DNA of 33,051 nt from a bacterium (GTDB lineage Bacteria > JADJOY01), in NCBI GenBank assembly GCA_046331705.1, contig JAXLQJ010000072.1:1-33051 (forward strand), written 5' to 3'. Both the position numbers and the translations under genes were made by a program. Positions 1 to 10,213 of this stretch are shown here, one piece after another. Each line of letters opens with the position of its first letter. Position 1 is the first letter of the stretch. The notes below the pieces were generated by a model. The model made no database searches and was not told where the DNA came from. It worked only from the letters and a program-made list of their open reading frames with translations.

Positions 1-968
1 GCGGGCGTGGTCGAGAAGTCGAAGCCGTACTCGGGGCTCGGCGCGGTCCCGTTGCCGTACTTGATCAGGTCGACGTGGCTGTGACCGTCGGCGGCGATGG
101 TCACCGTCATGAAGTGGTGGAAGACGCCGTAGTCGGGCGGACTGTCCTCGACGGTGCCGATCTCCGCGCCCGCGCCACCGGTCACGACGTAATGAACGCC
201 GTTGGCGTAGGAATGCTCGAAATCGTGGATGTGGCCGAAGAACGCGATCCGCACCTGGTACGCCTCGAGCAGATTGATGAGCTCGGAGGTGCCGGGGAAC
301 GAGGAGATGCCGCTCAAGATGCCCGCGCGGTTCGGGGTGTAGACGTCATCGCCGGGGATCACGGCGCCCTCGGTCGCGGACGTCTGCACCGAGCCCGTGG
401 GCAACGTGGGCGGGACGTGCATGAACGTGTACTTGTCGGGATGCGTCGGATCGTCGAGCAGGCTCTCGAGCCACGCGAGCTGGGCGGTGGTGAGCCCGTA
501 GGAGCTGGGATTCGAGTTGTCGAGATAGATGAAGCGGCTGGGACCGTAGTCGAAGTAGAAGTCCTCGGGGCCGAACGCCGTCTGGTAGAGGCTCGACCCC
601 TCCGGCGCGTACTGCTCGTGGTTCCCGATGCCGTTGATGAACGGATACGTCACACCCACCAACGAGTCGATGTAGTTGTTGTACTCGAGCTCGAGCCCGG
701 TGAGCACGAGATCGCCGACGTTGAGGCCGAACACGGGTTGCGGCGAGAGCTGGGCGGTCTGGGCGAGCAGCGCCTTGAAGATCTCCACACCCGGGGTCCG
801 CGAGTCGCCCATCACCACGAGCTTGTACGGATACGAGAGTGGGGTGGCCTGCGCCGCGGAGATCTCGTCGGCGTTGGGGCGGGTCTTCACGGTGCAGCCG
901 CTCGCCGCGCAAACGGCGACACACGCGGCCAGCACGCCACGAAGGGGACGGACAAGACTTGGGCGCAT
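1..968 (-). CDS. Calcineurin-like metallophosphoesterase lipoprotein (3' end runs off the window)
   Basis: Hand translation from ATG at 968 with GAGAGG RBS upstream; not in the ORF track because no stop lies in the window. MRPSLVRPLRGVLAACVAVCAASGC (lipobox), then motifs MGDSR, NVGDLV, GIGNHE, FMHVPP, FFGHIH, VTGGAG. Confidence 0.88.
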   Translation of the reverse strand, partial: MRPSLVRPLRGVLAACVAVCAASGCTVKTRPNADEISAAQATPLSYPYKLVVMGDSRTPGVEIFKALLAQTAQLSPQPVFGLNVGDLVLTGLELEYNNYIDSLVGVTYPFINGIGNHEQYAPEGSSLYQTAFGPEDFYFDYGPSRFIYLDNSNPSSYGLTTAQLAWLESLLDDPTHPDKYTFMHVPPTLPTGSVQTSATEGAVIPGDDVYTPNRAGILSGISSFPGTSELINLLEAYQVRIAFFGHIHDFEHSYANGVHYVVTGGAGAEIGTVEDSPPDYGVFHHFMTVTIAADGHSHVDLIKYGNGTAPSPEYGFDFSTTP

Positions 969-1066
969 TTCGTTCCTCTCGAGCGCGTCGTGGAAACTAC
1001 GTGAGCGGACCGCGATCTGACGCGCGCGACGTTTCCGCGCGTTCGCGATCCTGTAACGATGGTGTC

Positions 1067-2263
1067 ATGTTCGCGTCCGACGGGTCAAACGCCGCGCATC
1101 GCCATCCGGGGGCCTCGCACCGCGCGCGCTTGGGTTGGATCCTGCTCGCGCTCTGGCTTCCCATCGCTGCCGTAGCGAGCGCCGAGCCCGCGAACGCCCC
1201 GGCGAGCGACGCCCCACGGCTCCTCGCCGAAGCCCGCGCCCTCGACCGCGGCGGCGCCAGCGCCGATGCGCTCACGCGCTTCGAGGAGATCACCGGGCGC
1301 TTCCCCGACGCGCCCGAGAGCGCCGAGGCGCATTACCAAGCCGCGCGTCTGCGCCAGCGCCGCCTGGGCGACCTCGAAGGCGCACTCGCGCACTATCGCG
1401 CACTCGCCCAGCAGTTCCCGACCTCGCGCTGGAGCGCGGGCGTGCCGGCGCGGGTGAGCCTGCTCGAATCGGCGCTCGCCGACGGCACCGAGGCCCTCGC
1501 GCGCTACGAGTCGATCCTGCAACGGCACACGCGCTCCGAGGCCAACGAGATCGAGACCGCCGACGCGCTCGAGGGCTGGGCGCGCGCCTACCCGGATTTT
1601 CCGCTGGTGCCGCGAGCGCTCTTGTTCGTGGCGCGGGCACGCCGCCATCACGGCGACCCGGCGCGCGCGGTCGCCTGCTACCAGCAGATCCGCGAGCGCT
1701 TCGGAGAGCGCGTCGAGGCCTTCGAGGCGGGCAAGGCGCTCGGCGAGATGCGTTTCGAGAAGTCCGACTTCCGCGGCGCCAAGACGGCCTGGGCTTCGCT
1801 CTTCCCCGTGCAGAGCGCCGATCAAGCGGTGACGCTGCAAGGGTTGATCGCGCGGGCGGAGGGCCACCTGCGGCGACAGGTCGTCGCCGCCGCGTGCGCC
1901 GCGTATCTCGCCGCCTTCGCGGGGTGCGCCTGGTGGCTCGGCGGGCGCTGGCGCCCGCTGCCTGGCGCGGCGCGGTCGGCGGGGCGAGAGCTCGCCGTGC
2001 TGCTACCGCCCCTCGGCCTGCTGCTCTGGCTCGCCTACCCCAACACGATCGTCACGTACTTCCTGGCGAGCTTCACCGCGGCCGTGATCCCCTTGCTGGT
2101 GCTGCACGTGGCGTGCGTCCAGGGTGGACGCTTGCGGCGACGCGCAGCCGTGCCCTACGCCCTGGCCGTGAGCGGGGCACTCGGCGCCCTCACGTACGTG
2201 CTGCTCTACGCGTGGGATCTCGCCTTCGTGCTCGAGCGCCCGCTGCGCTGGGTCAGCGCGTGA
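1067..2263 (+). CDS. TPR-repeat protein with signal peptide and about four C-terminal transmembrane helices
   Basis: ORF 839..2263, probable ATG at 1067. Hydrophobic N-terminal segment; TPR-like repeats (RFPDAPESAEAHYQAARL, AYPDFPLVPRALLFVAR); hydrophobic C-terminus. Stop overlaps the next GTG. Confidence 0.75.
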   Translation: MFASDGSNAAHRHPGASHRARLGWILLALWLPIAAVASAEPANAPASDAPRLLAEARALDRGGASADALTRFEEITGRFPDAPESAEAHYQAARLRQRRLGDLEGALAHYRALAQQFPTSRWSAGVPARVSLLESALADGTEALARYESILQRHTRSEANEIETADALEGWARAYPDFPLVPRALLFVARARRHHGDPARAVACYQQIRERFGERVEAFEAGKALGEMRFEKSDFRGAKTAWASLFPVQSADQAVTLQGLIARAEGHLRRQVVAAACAAYLAAFAGCAWWLGGRWRPLPGAARSAGRELAVLLPPLGLLLWLAYPNTIVTYFLASFTAAVIPLLVLHVACVQGGRLRRRAAVPYALAVSGALGALTYVLLYAWDLAFVLERPLRWVSA

Positions 2264-3545
2264 GACGTGCGCGCCGGCTCGCGGGCGCGGGGGTCGCGCT
2301 GGCGCTGGTCGCGGCGAGTGCGTGCTCGAGCGGGTCCGGCGACGGCCCGGCCGCCGAGCGCGAGACCGCGCTCCGCCGAGCGCTGGCGTCGATCTCGGCG
2401 GAGGGCCTCGCGGCCCACGTCGATGTCCTCGCGAGCGACGACGACGAGGGGCGCCAGCCGGGTAGCGGCGGCCACCGGCGCGCCCGCGACTACCTGATCG
2501 ACGCGCTTGCGCGCGCCCAAGTCGAGCGCGGCGGCATCGACGGCACGAGCTACCTCCACCTCTATTCCACCGAGCCCAATCCTCGCTACCTCTATCCCTA
2601 CCCGACCGGTCACAACCTGGTCGGGCTGCTGCGTGGGTCCGATCCGGTGCACGGCGCCGAATCGGTCATCGTGATGGCGCACTACGATCACGTGGGCCGC
2701 GACCGCTTCCGCCACGTCTTCAACGGCGCCTACGACAACGCCGCCGGCGTCGCCGCGTTGATCGAGCTGGCACGCGCCTTCCAGGACGTCGGCTACGCGC
2801 CGAAGCGCACCATCGTGTGGCTCTTCACCGACGAGGAGGAGACGGGGCTGCGCGCGCGCGCGCGTTCGCCAACGCCCCCTCCGTGCCTGCGGAGGGGATC
2901 GTGCTGGCGCTCTCGGTCGATCCGATCGGGCGGGCGCTCGTTCCCGGCTACGCCTTCACGGGGCTCTTCGGGCTGGAGCCAGCCCGGCCTTGCGCGCGCT
3001 GGTGGAGCGCAACGCCGCACGCTCGAGCCGCGGCGACGTGCTGATCACCCACCGCGACCTGATTCACTCGCCCTTCGAGAGCGACCAGGACCCGTTTCTC
3101 GCGCGGGGAATCCCGGGGGCGTGGCTCGTGAATCCCGGCTTCACCTTCTATCACCAGATCGCCGACGAGCCGGATACGGTTCAGTACGACGTCTTGCTGG
3201 ATTCGGTGCGGCTGCTGGCGCAGCTCGTCGACCAGGTCGCCAACGATGATGGCCGCTACCTGTTCGTCGAGGACGTCCCCGTGACCGCGAACGACCTGGC
3301 GCGCTTCCGACTGCCGGTCGGCGGCTTGCTTCGGGATGGCGCCGAGCTGGGCGAACGCGAGCGCGAATCGCTGGCCGCGCTGGACGCACGCCTCGCCGCC
3401 GTCGAGGGCGAGCGGTGTCGTGGATGCCGCCACGGTGGAGGATCTGAGCGTCGACGCCATCGTCACGCTCTTCGCGCTCAGCCTGACCCACCCGGGCCCG
3501 ATCCCGCCGCCCTTCCCCACGGGCGCCACCGCGGCGCTACCGTAG
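2260..3545 (+). CDS. M28 family metallopeptidase lipoprotein (about 3 apparent frameshifts near 2850, 2985, 3410)
   Basis: Lipobox-like ASAC. M28 motifs LASDDDEGR, NLVGLLRG, MAHYDH, GAYDNAAG, DEEETGL, SDQDPF, YHQIAD, spread over ORFs 1135..3249, 2817..3044, 2990..5527 and 3336..3545. Confidence 0.85.
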
Positions 3546-3560
3546 ACGCGAGGCCCCTTC

Positions 3561-5527
3561 ATGCGCGGTTTCCGCTTGTCGATCGCCTTCCTGCTCGCGG
3601 GCACGCTGACGAGCGCCGAGGTCACGGCGCAGACCCCGGCGCGGCGCCAGCGTCCGATCTTCACCCAGGATTTCCGGATGGTCGCCCACCGCGGCGGCGC
3701 CGCGCTCTTTCCCGAGAACACGCTGGAGGCGTTTCGCGCAGCGGCGGCGCGGTGGCCGACGGCGGTGATCGAGACCGACGTGCGGCTGACCGCCGACGGC
3801 GTGCCGGTGCTGATCCACGACCCAACCGTCGACCGAACCACCAACGGCAAGGGCGCCGTCGCGGCACAGCCGCTGGCCGAGCTCGCGCGGCTCGATGCGG
3901 CGTACCGATTCTCCACCGACGGCGATCGCACGTTTCCGAGCCGGGGCCGCGGGGTCCGCATTCCGACACTCGAGGAGGCGCTCACCGCGCTGCCGAACAC
4001 GCGTTTCCAGGTGGAGATCAAGGAAGGCGTCGAAGCGGTGCCCCCGACCGTCGCCGCCATCCAGGCGGCACAGGCGAGCACGCGCGTGGTGCTGGTGGCG
4101 CGGCGCGCGGACGTGCTCGAGCAGGTGCGCGCGCTCGCGCCGCTGGTCGCGACGAACTTCGACGAGAACGCGGTGCGCGAGATCGTGAAGCTCGTTCGCG
4201 GCGGCCATCCCGACGATCGCCCGCCCCCTGGCGACATGCTGACGGCCGAGCCACGCGAGCTTGCCGCGGCGGGGTTCGGCGCCACCGAGATCGCCGACCT
4301 GCGGGACGGCGGCATCCCCGTGCAGGGGTTCACGATCGACGATCCCGCGGCGATGAAGCGGTTGCTGGCCGAGGGATTCACGAGCCTCGTCACCAATCGA
4401 CCCGATTTGCTCGCCGAGGTGATCGCCGCGGCGCCGCCGAGCGCCGCAGGCGCGCCGACGACCACGGCGGCCGCCCCGGCCGCCCGGCCACGACAGCTCC
4501 CGCCGCCCCTGGGGCGACACCGACACCCGCCGCGACCCCGGCGATCAGCTTCCGCACGCTGGTCACGCTGGGAGACTCGATCGGCGATCCGCCCGCCGGC
4601 ACGAGGCCCTATTACGCCGAGCTGACCAAGCGTCTCGCAGCCGGCAGCCCGGGCGGCGCGCTGCGGGTGGTGCGCGGTGCGCGCGCCGGCGCCCGCTCGC
4701 GTGATCTCGCTGGACAAGCGCGCGCGCTCCCCGCCGATCTCCCCGGCCCGGTGGCGATCGTGATCACCATCGGCGGCAACGATTGCGCGAGGTGGCCCCG
4801 CCGCCATCGGCGGCGCGGATCAGGCGGTCCGGCAGGAGATGCGTCGCAACCTCGCCGATGCCATCGACGACCTGGTCCGACCCGGTCGGTTCGGCAGCGG
4901 CGTCGACGCCCGCGTGTACCTGGCCACGATCTACGATTCGAGCGACGGCAAGGCGGGTTCCGCGAGCGCGGCTGCCTGATCGCGATCGGCGCCGTCGCCA
5001 CGGACCCGATCTTCCAGCGCTGGAACGCCGACCTCGCCGAGCTGGCACGTAGCCGCGGCGCCGCCATCGTCGACGTCCACGGCCTCTTTCGCGGCCACGG
5101 CATCGCCTCGGATCGCCCCTGGTACCTGGACGATTGCATTCATCCCAACGACTCGGGCACCTCGCGATCGCGAGCGCCTTCGCCACCGCGATCACCGGGC
5201 TGGCGCCGGTCATACGCGGCGCCTGCGGAACCGCCGGCGGCCGCCACCACCGCACCCGCTCCCGGCCCCCAGCCGCCCGCGGTTGCGAGCGCGGGACCGA
5301 AACCTCAGCCGAGCGCCGGCCCGGTCCCCGTGGCTCCGCCAGCGCGCGAGCCGCTCGCCGGGCCCGCGATTCGCGACGGTTATTTCGAGATCCGCCTCAA
5401 GAGCGGCGCGAGCTTTCGCGTCCGGCGGTACACCGAGGGGCCGGACTCGATCGAGATCAAGCGCTCGGGCATCCCGTTCACGATTCGTCGCTCCGAGATC
5501 GCCACGATCCAGCCGGTCGACCCGTAG
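3561..5527 (+). CDS. Glycerophosphodiester phosphodiesterase (GDPD) apparently fused to an SGNH/GDSL hydrolase and a small C-terminal domain (several frameshifts)
   Basis: GDPD motifs AHRGG, PENTLEAF, ETDVRLTADG, IHD, EIK, TNRP in ORF 3561..4625. A Pro/Ala/Thr linker follows, then SGNH blocks LGDSI, ITIGGND, DCIHPN in the frame of ORF 2990..5527. No separate start or signal peptide seen for the SGNH part. Confidence 0.72.
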
Positions 5528-5788
5528 CCGCTGGCGCGAGCCACGGATTCGATGCACGCGTGTGCGAGAGCGGGAAGCAGGCCGCCCACGGCACCACGGT
5601 CCGCACGCGTCCGACGTGCGATTCGCTCGTCGCGGCGCGCGATCGAATAGGCTTCTCGCCCTCGAGGTCGGCGCGGCGGAGCCCTCCCCTGTCGCACCGC
5701 CCGCGATGACCGCGAGAGAAACATCGAGCCGGGACCGCATGGAGCGACTCACCGAATCGCCACGACCCGTGCCGGGCGAGCGCACCTC

Positions 5789-6895
5789 GTGAACGCGCCG
5801 CGCGTCACTCGGGTCGAGACGCCAGCCGAGCTCGAGCGCGCGGTGGCCCGCTGGAGCGGCGCGCCCGAGCTCGCGCTCGACACCGAGTTCGTCTTCGAGC
5901 GCACCTATTGGCCACGCCCGGGCTTGGTGCAGCTGGCGGTGGGCGACGAGATCGCGCTCGTGGATGCGGTCGCGCTCCCCGACCTCTCGGCGCTGGCCGG
6001 GCTGCTCCTGGCCGACGAGACGCAAAAGCTCGTTCACGCGGGCGGCGGGGACGCCTTGCTGCTGGAACGCACCGCCGGCGTTCGCCCGCGGCCGGTCTTC
6101 GACGTCCAAGTGGGCGCGGCGTTCTGCGGGCTGGGAATCTCGCTTCCGCTGGACGCGCTGGTGCTCGCGCTGCGCGGTGTCACGCTCGGCAAGCACCAGA
6201 CCCGCACCGACTGGACGCGGCGTCCACTCTCGGACGAGCAGGCCCGCTACGCGGCGGAGGACGTGGTGCATCCGCGCCGATCGCGGCGGAGCTGCGCGTG
6301 CGGCTCGCGGCACTCGGCCGGCTTGCGTGGGCGGAGGAGGACTCGCAAGCCGCGGTGGCCGCGGAGCCCGGCGCCGACGATCCCGCTCAGGCATGGCTTC
6401 GGCTGCGCGGCATCGAGCGCTTCCCGGCGGCTGCGCTCGCTCGGGCACGCGCCCTGGCGTTCTGGCGGGACACCGAGGCGCGCCGCCGCGACTTGCCGAA
6501 GACGTTTCTGCTGCGGGACGAGACGCTCCTCGAGCTCGCGCGGCGGCCGGTGGCCGACCCTGAGCAGCTCGCCCGCGCTCGCGGCTTCGACCCGCGCCGT
6601 CACGCGCCGTTCGCCACGGCGATCCTGGCGGTGCTCGCGACCGCCGACGCGGCTGCGCCCCATCTGGATCCACCGCGGAATCGCGCCTCCAGCCCACCGC
6701 GCCAGCTCGACGAGAAGGTCGCCGCGGCGGTCGAGATCGTCGCGCGCGATCTTGCGCTTCCGACCGAGCTGCTCTTGTCCTCGTCGCGGCCGCGTGCGGC
6801 TTGAGCGGATTGCCGGCCGGCGAACCGCCGTCCAGCCGACTCGCAGGCTGGCGCCGGGAGATCCTGGAGCGGCCATCGATCGCGCTGCCGCGTGA
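5789..6895 (+). CDS. rnd: Ribonuclease D (DEDDy exonuclease plus HRDC), frameshifted near 6270 and 6780; 3' end approximate
   Basis: LALDTEFVFERTYWP..LVQL, TDWTRRPLS...YAAEDV, HRDC WRDTEARRRDLP..LLRDE, C-terminal GWRREIL. Confidence 0.9.
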   Translation: MNAPRVTRVETPAELERAVARWSGAPELALDTEFVFERTYWPRPGLVQLAVGDEIALVDAVALPDLSALAGLLLADETQKLVHAGGGDALLLERTAGVRPRPVFDVQVGAAFCGLGISLPLDALVLALRGVTLGKHQTRTDWTRRPLSDEQARYAAEDVVHPRRSRRSCACGSRHSAGLRGRRRTRKPRWPRSPAPTIPLRHGFGCAASSASRRLRSLGHAPWRSGGTPRRAAATCRRRFCCGTRRSSSSRGGRWPTLSSSPALAASTRAVTRRSPRRSWRCSRPPTRLRPIWIHRGIAPPAHRASSTRRSPRRSRSSRAILRFRPSCSCPRRGRVRLERIAGRRTAVQPTRRLAPGDPGAAIDRAAA

Positions 6896-7027
6896 CGCGC
6901 GCGCTGGAGCGCGCTTCGCCGACGAGCGGTGCTCACCCCACGCGGCTCGGGCGATGGCGAGGACGCGCCCGCGCGGGCGTCCTGCGCGCCTGCTACGATC
7001 GGCCCAGCCGGCAGCCCGGGAGGCACG

Positions 7028-9154
7028 ATGCGCACGCGTTCACGATCGAGCTGGAAGCGACGCTGGTGCGCGGTCTTCGTGCTGGCGTTCGCGAGCTGCG
7101 GCGATTCCGGGTCCGGCGGCGGCGAGGCGCTGCCCCCGGTGGCCGACGCGGATGCGGCGGCGAAGGCGTTCCGGCTCTTCTACGCCGAGCGCGTCGAGCG
7201 CGCGACGCTCGCATACAACCGCTTCGGGATCTTCGGCGACACGGTCGCCGCCACCACCATCGGCTCGCGTGCCATCGCCAAGCGCGGCAACGAGTACGAG
7301 GTGATCCCCCGCGCCACGGACAACAACCTCATCGGCACCTCGGCGCTCGGCGCGTGGAACGCGTACCGCGTCTTTCGCTCGCGTTCGCTCGAGCTGACCC
7401 TCATCCGCATGCTCGACGGCCTCGCGTTCGCGGAGGCGGTCACCGGGATTCCCGGGCTCACGGTGCGCGAGGTGATGCCGGGCTGGACGCGGGTGGTCGA
7501 CGGCTCGAGCGGCACGGTCACCCGCACGCGCGGCGGTGTCGCGGTCGTCCACCCCGACCCGCCCGATCCCGCGCTCGAAGCGGAGGTGATCGCGACCTTC
7601 AGCGACGGGCTGCGGTTCACCTACCGCGAAGATCCCACCGACGTCTTCTTCCGCTTCGAGCCTGCCGCCGGTGTCGAGGACTACGCGAAGACGCTGAGCA
7701 TCGACGAGCGCCCGCGCTTCTTGCGCGAGAGCGACTGCTGCTCGTCGCTGATGCGCACACCCGAGGGTCATCCGTGGGTCGATGCGTGGTGGGGGAACCA
7801 CAACTCGCGCGACAACTTCCCCGACTTGGGGCTCGGCATCCTGACCGCCATGGACGTCGCCGCCGATCCCTCGGTGAGCGCCGAGCTCCGTCGTTCCGCG
7901 GAGCGGGTGGTGGCCGCGGGGCGGCGAATCGGCGACCTCGTCGAGGCGAACGGCGGCAACTTCATGACCGTCGACGAATACCACTCGTACGGAGATCTCA
8001 CCGTGGGCGGCGCGCGCCGGCCGCACGGCGATCCCGAGAATCAGGACCTGGGCTCGATGGCGGCCTGCTCGATGGCGTACCTCGCCCGAGCGATCTCCAC
8101 CCGGGCCTCGACGTCCCCTACCCGTCGCTGCCGCTGCCCGGCGAGATCGAGCAATTGCTGCTCAGCGACCTCTTCGGCGTCACCATCGATCTGCCGACCT
8201 ACCAGTGCCAGGACCTGAACCAGGCCTATTTCGGCGAGAGCTTCGACTCCATCGGCCAGGGCGAGATCTTCGGGCTGACGCTCTTCGAGCTGATCCGGGT
8301 GCTCGACGCACTCAGCCCTGGGCTCGCGGAAACCATCCTCGGCAGCTTCCAGAACGACTACGACGACGTCGTCGAGGCAACGCAGGCCGTCTACCGATAC
8401 GCACGCATCCACGGGAAAGACGGCGCTGAGCGAGTCGGCGCGCGCCGCGCTCACGTCGCAGACGCGCCTGCAGCGCACCTTCGCCGACCTGCTCTACGGC
8501 CGCAGCAATCCGGACCGCGCCGCGAGCCAGCGCTACGACGCCGCCCTCTTCGAGGCCGGCGCCGGCATCGAGACCGACACGACGCGCGCCGATCTCGGCG
8601 ACCTCGCCGAGGCGGAAGCGCGCATCGCTCAGATCGAGAGCGAGCTCGACATCGGCGACACCGAGCCCGCCGCCTTGCTCGACGACGACGCGATCCGAGC
8701 GCGCATCGAGGCGAATCTCGCTGGCGAGAAGCTCGCGAGCGTGGTCGAACGTTACCGCGCCGCCTACGGCGATACGCCTCCGATCCGTCGCACCGCCGAC
8801 GGATACGAAGCGCGCACCTCGGTGGACCCGACGTACCGGCCCGTGGAGGTCCCGCACCACCGCTTCCTGGGCGGCGCGCATTTCCTGGAAGAGCTCGCCG
8901 TGTGCGTCGAGTCGCCGGCGATACTCGATTGCACCTGGGCCAAGCTCGGCTGCGCCGCCGCCGATCTCGACGGCAACGGCGTGGTCGACGACACCGATCG
9001 CGCGCTGCACGCCAGCGCCGCGAGCGAAGCCGCCGGTCGGCGCTGCGGCACCCAGAACGGCTGGTGCAACGGCGCCGACGCCGATCACACGGGCATCGTC
9101 GACGACCTCGACACCGCCTTCCTCGCCGCCGCGCACGGCTGCCACTACCCGTGA
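7028..9154 (+). CDS. Large uncharacterised lipoprotein with C-terminal duplicated Ca-binding (dockerin/EF-hand-like) motifs; frameshifts near 8100 and 8430-8470
   Basis: ATG 7028 after GGGAGG; lipobox FASC. Coding-like sequence continues through ORFs 6929..8218, 6892..9597 (middle part) and 8675..9154. Tail has DLDGNGVVDDTD and DADHTGIVDDLD. Confidence 0.72.
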
Positions 9155-9350
9155 GCGCAGCGCCGCGGCCGCGCGACGGCGTGGGGCCGGCGTGCCCAGC
9201 CTCGTCCCCACCATGGGCTGGCGCGCAGACCGCACGGGCGAACCGTGAAGCGCGCGCTCGTTCAGTCTGGGCTGCGCGCCGCCGTTACCGGGACGCGCGA
9301 TGCGACGCGAAATCTCGATCGAGTCCGGGCCATCGCCGTGGGACCGCGGA

Positions 9351-9365
9351 TGGCATCGGCTTTGC
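9351..9365 (+). promoter_or_regulatory. Putative sigma54 (-24/-12) promoter of csbD
   Basis: TGGCATCGGCTTTGC fits TGGCAC-N5-TTGC (one mismatch) with exact GG-N10-GC spacing, about 60 bp before the start codon. Confidence 0.6.
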
Positions 9366-9427
9366 GGTGATCTCCGATCGAGTCTCGTCGAGCACGAAGC
9401 TCGCACGTGAGCGCCAGGAGGTCGGCC

Positions 9428-9592
9428 ATGGCAGGCAAACTGGATCAGGCAAAAGGACGCGTGAAAGAGGCCGTCGGCGTGCTCACCGACGACAAGAAGC
9501 TCCAGGTCGAAGGCAAGATCGATCAAGCGGTGGGCAAGGTGAAGAAGGTCGTCGAGAAGATCGTCCACACGGTGCAAGAGAAGGCTTCCTGA
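9428..9592 (+). CDS. csbD: CsbD family general stress protein
   Basis: [48 protein letters not shown] at 9416-9421. Confidence 0.93.
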   Translation: MAGKLDQAKGRVKEAVGVLTDDKKLQVEGKIDQAVGKVKKVVEKIVHTVQEKAS

Positions 9593-10213
9593 GCTAAACA
9601 TCCCCCGCGGCACCAATCACGGCGCGTGAGCGCGTGAGTGGGCACGGGAGGAAGCGCTTCGATGCGCAGGCGTCCGCCGCGCGGTCTCGGCGGCGACCGA
9701 CGTCCGCGCGGCCACGGATGCGCGACACGTGCCCGGGCTGGTGAAGCCGGAGCCACGCGTCGGGCGACCATCCCCAACCCATCGAGCAGGCGAGATCCGC
9801 GGCGAACGCCGCGCGTTCCGTGATCTCGCCCTCGACCGGTCCTTGCGCGCTCGAGCTCGCCGGCGCTGCCGGGCTGCTGGAGTTGCTCGGTTGCGCCGAG
9901 CCATTCGCTGGAACGGCCTCCCCCGAATGGGCCGCACCGGTTCAGCTGGCCCTGCTCGTGGGTGACGACCGGCCTGCCGACACCGTCGGCGGACGAGTCG
10001 TGGCTGGGAGCCCTCGATCGATTCGAGACGCTGCGCTCGACGCCCCGAACGATCCCGTCGCCAAGTCGAGGCACACCCTCGGCGACCCCTCGAGGCGACG
10101 CGCTTCCGAGCTCAGGCGGCGACGTCGGCGCTCGCGCGGCGTGTCGGCGAAGCCGGCGGTCGCGAGCCCGATCGGCGACGCGATCACGCACGTCGCCAGC
10201 AACGGGTGAGGAC

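Noticed and set aside
75-1004. Long antisense or alternate-frame ORFs (75..1004, 9962..11872, 16199..17983, 20002..22389, 29933..32011 and similar)
   Set aside because: These are shadow ORFs expected at about 70% GC; they overlap genes with clear family motifs and have none of their own.
9593-10213. Possible gene (ORF 9820..10209) in the csbD-GH5 gap
   Set aside because: No recognisable motif or RBS and inconsistent codon bias; it may be a decayed remnant but cannot be supported.
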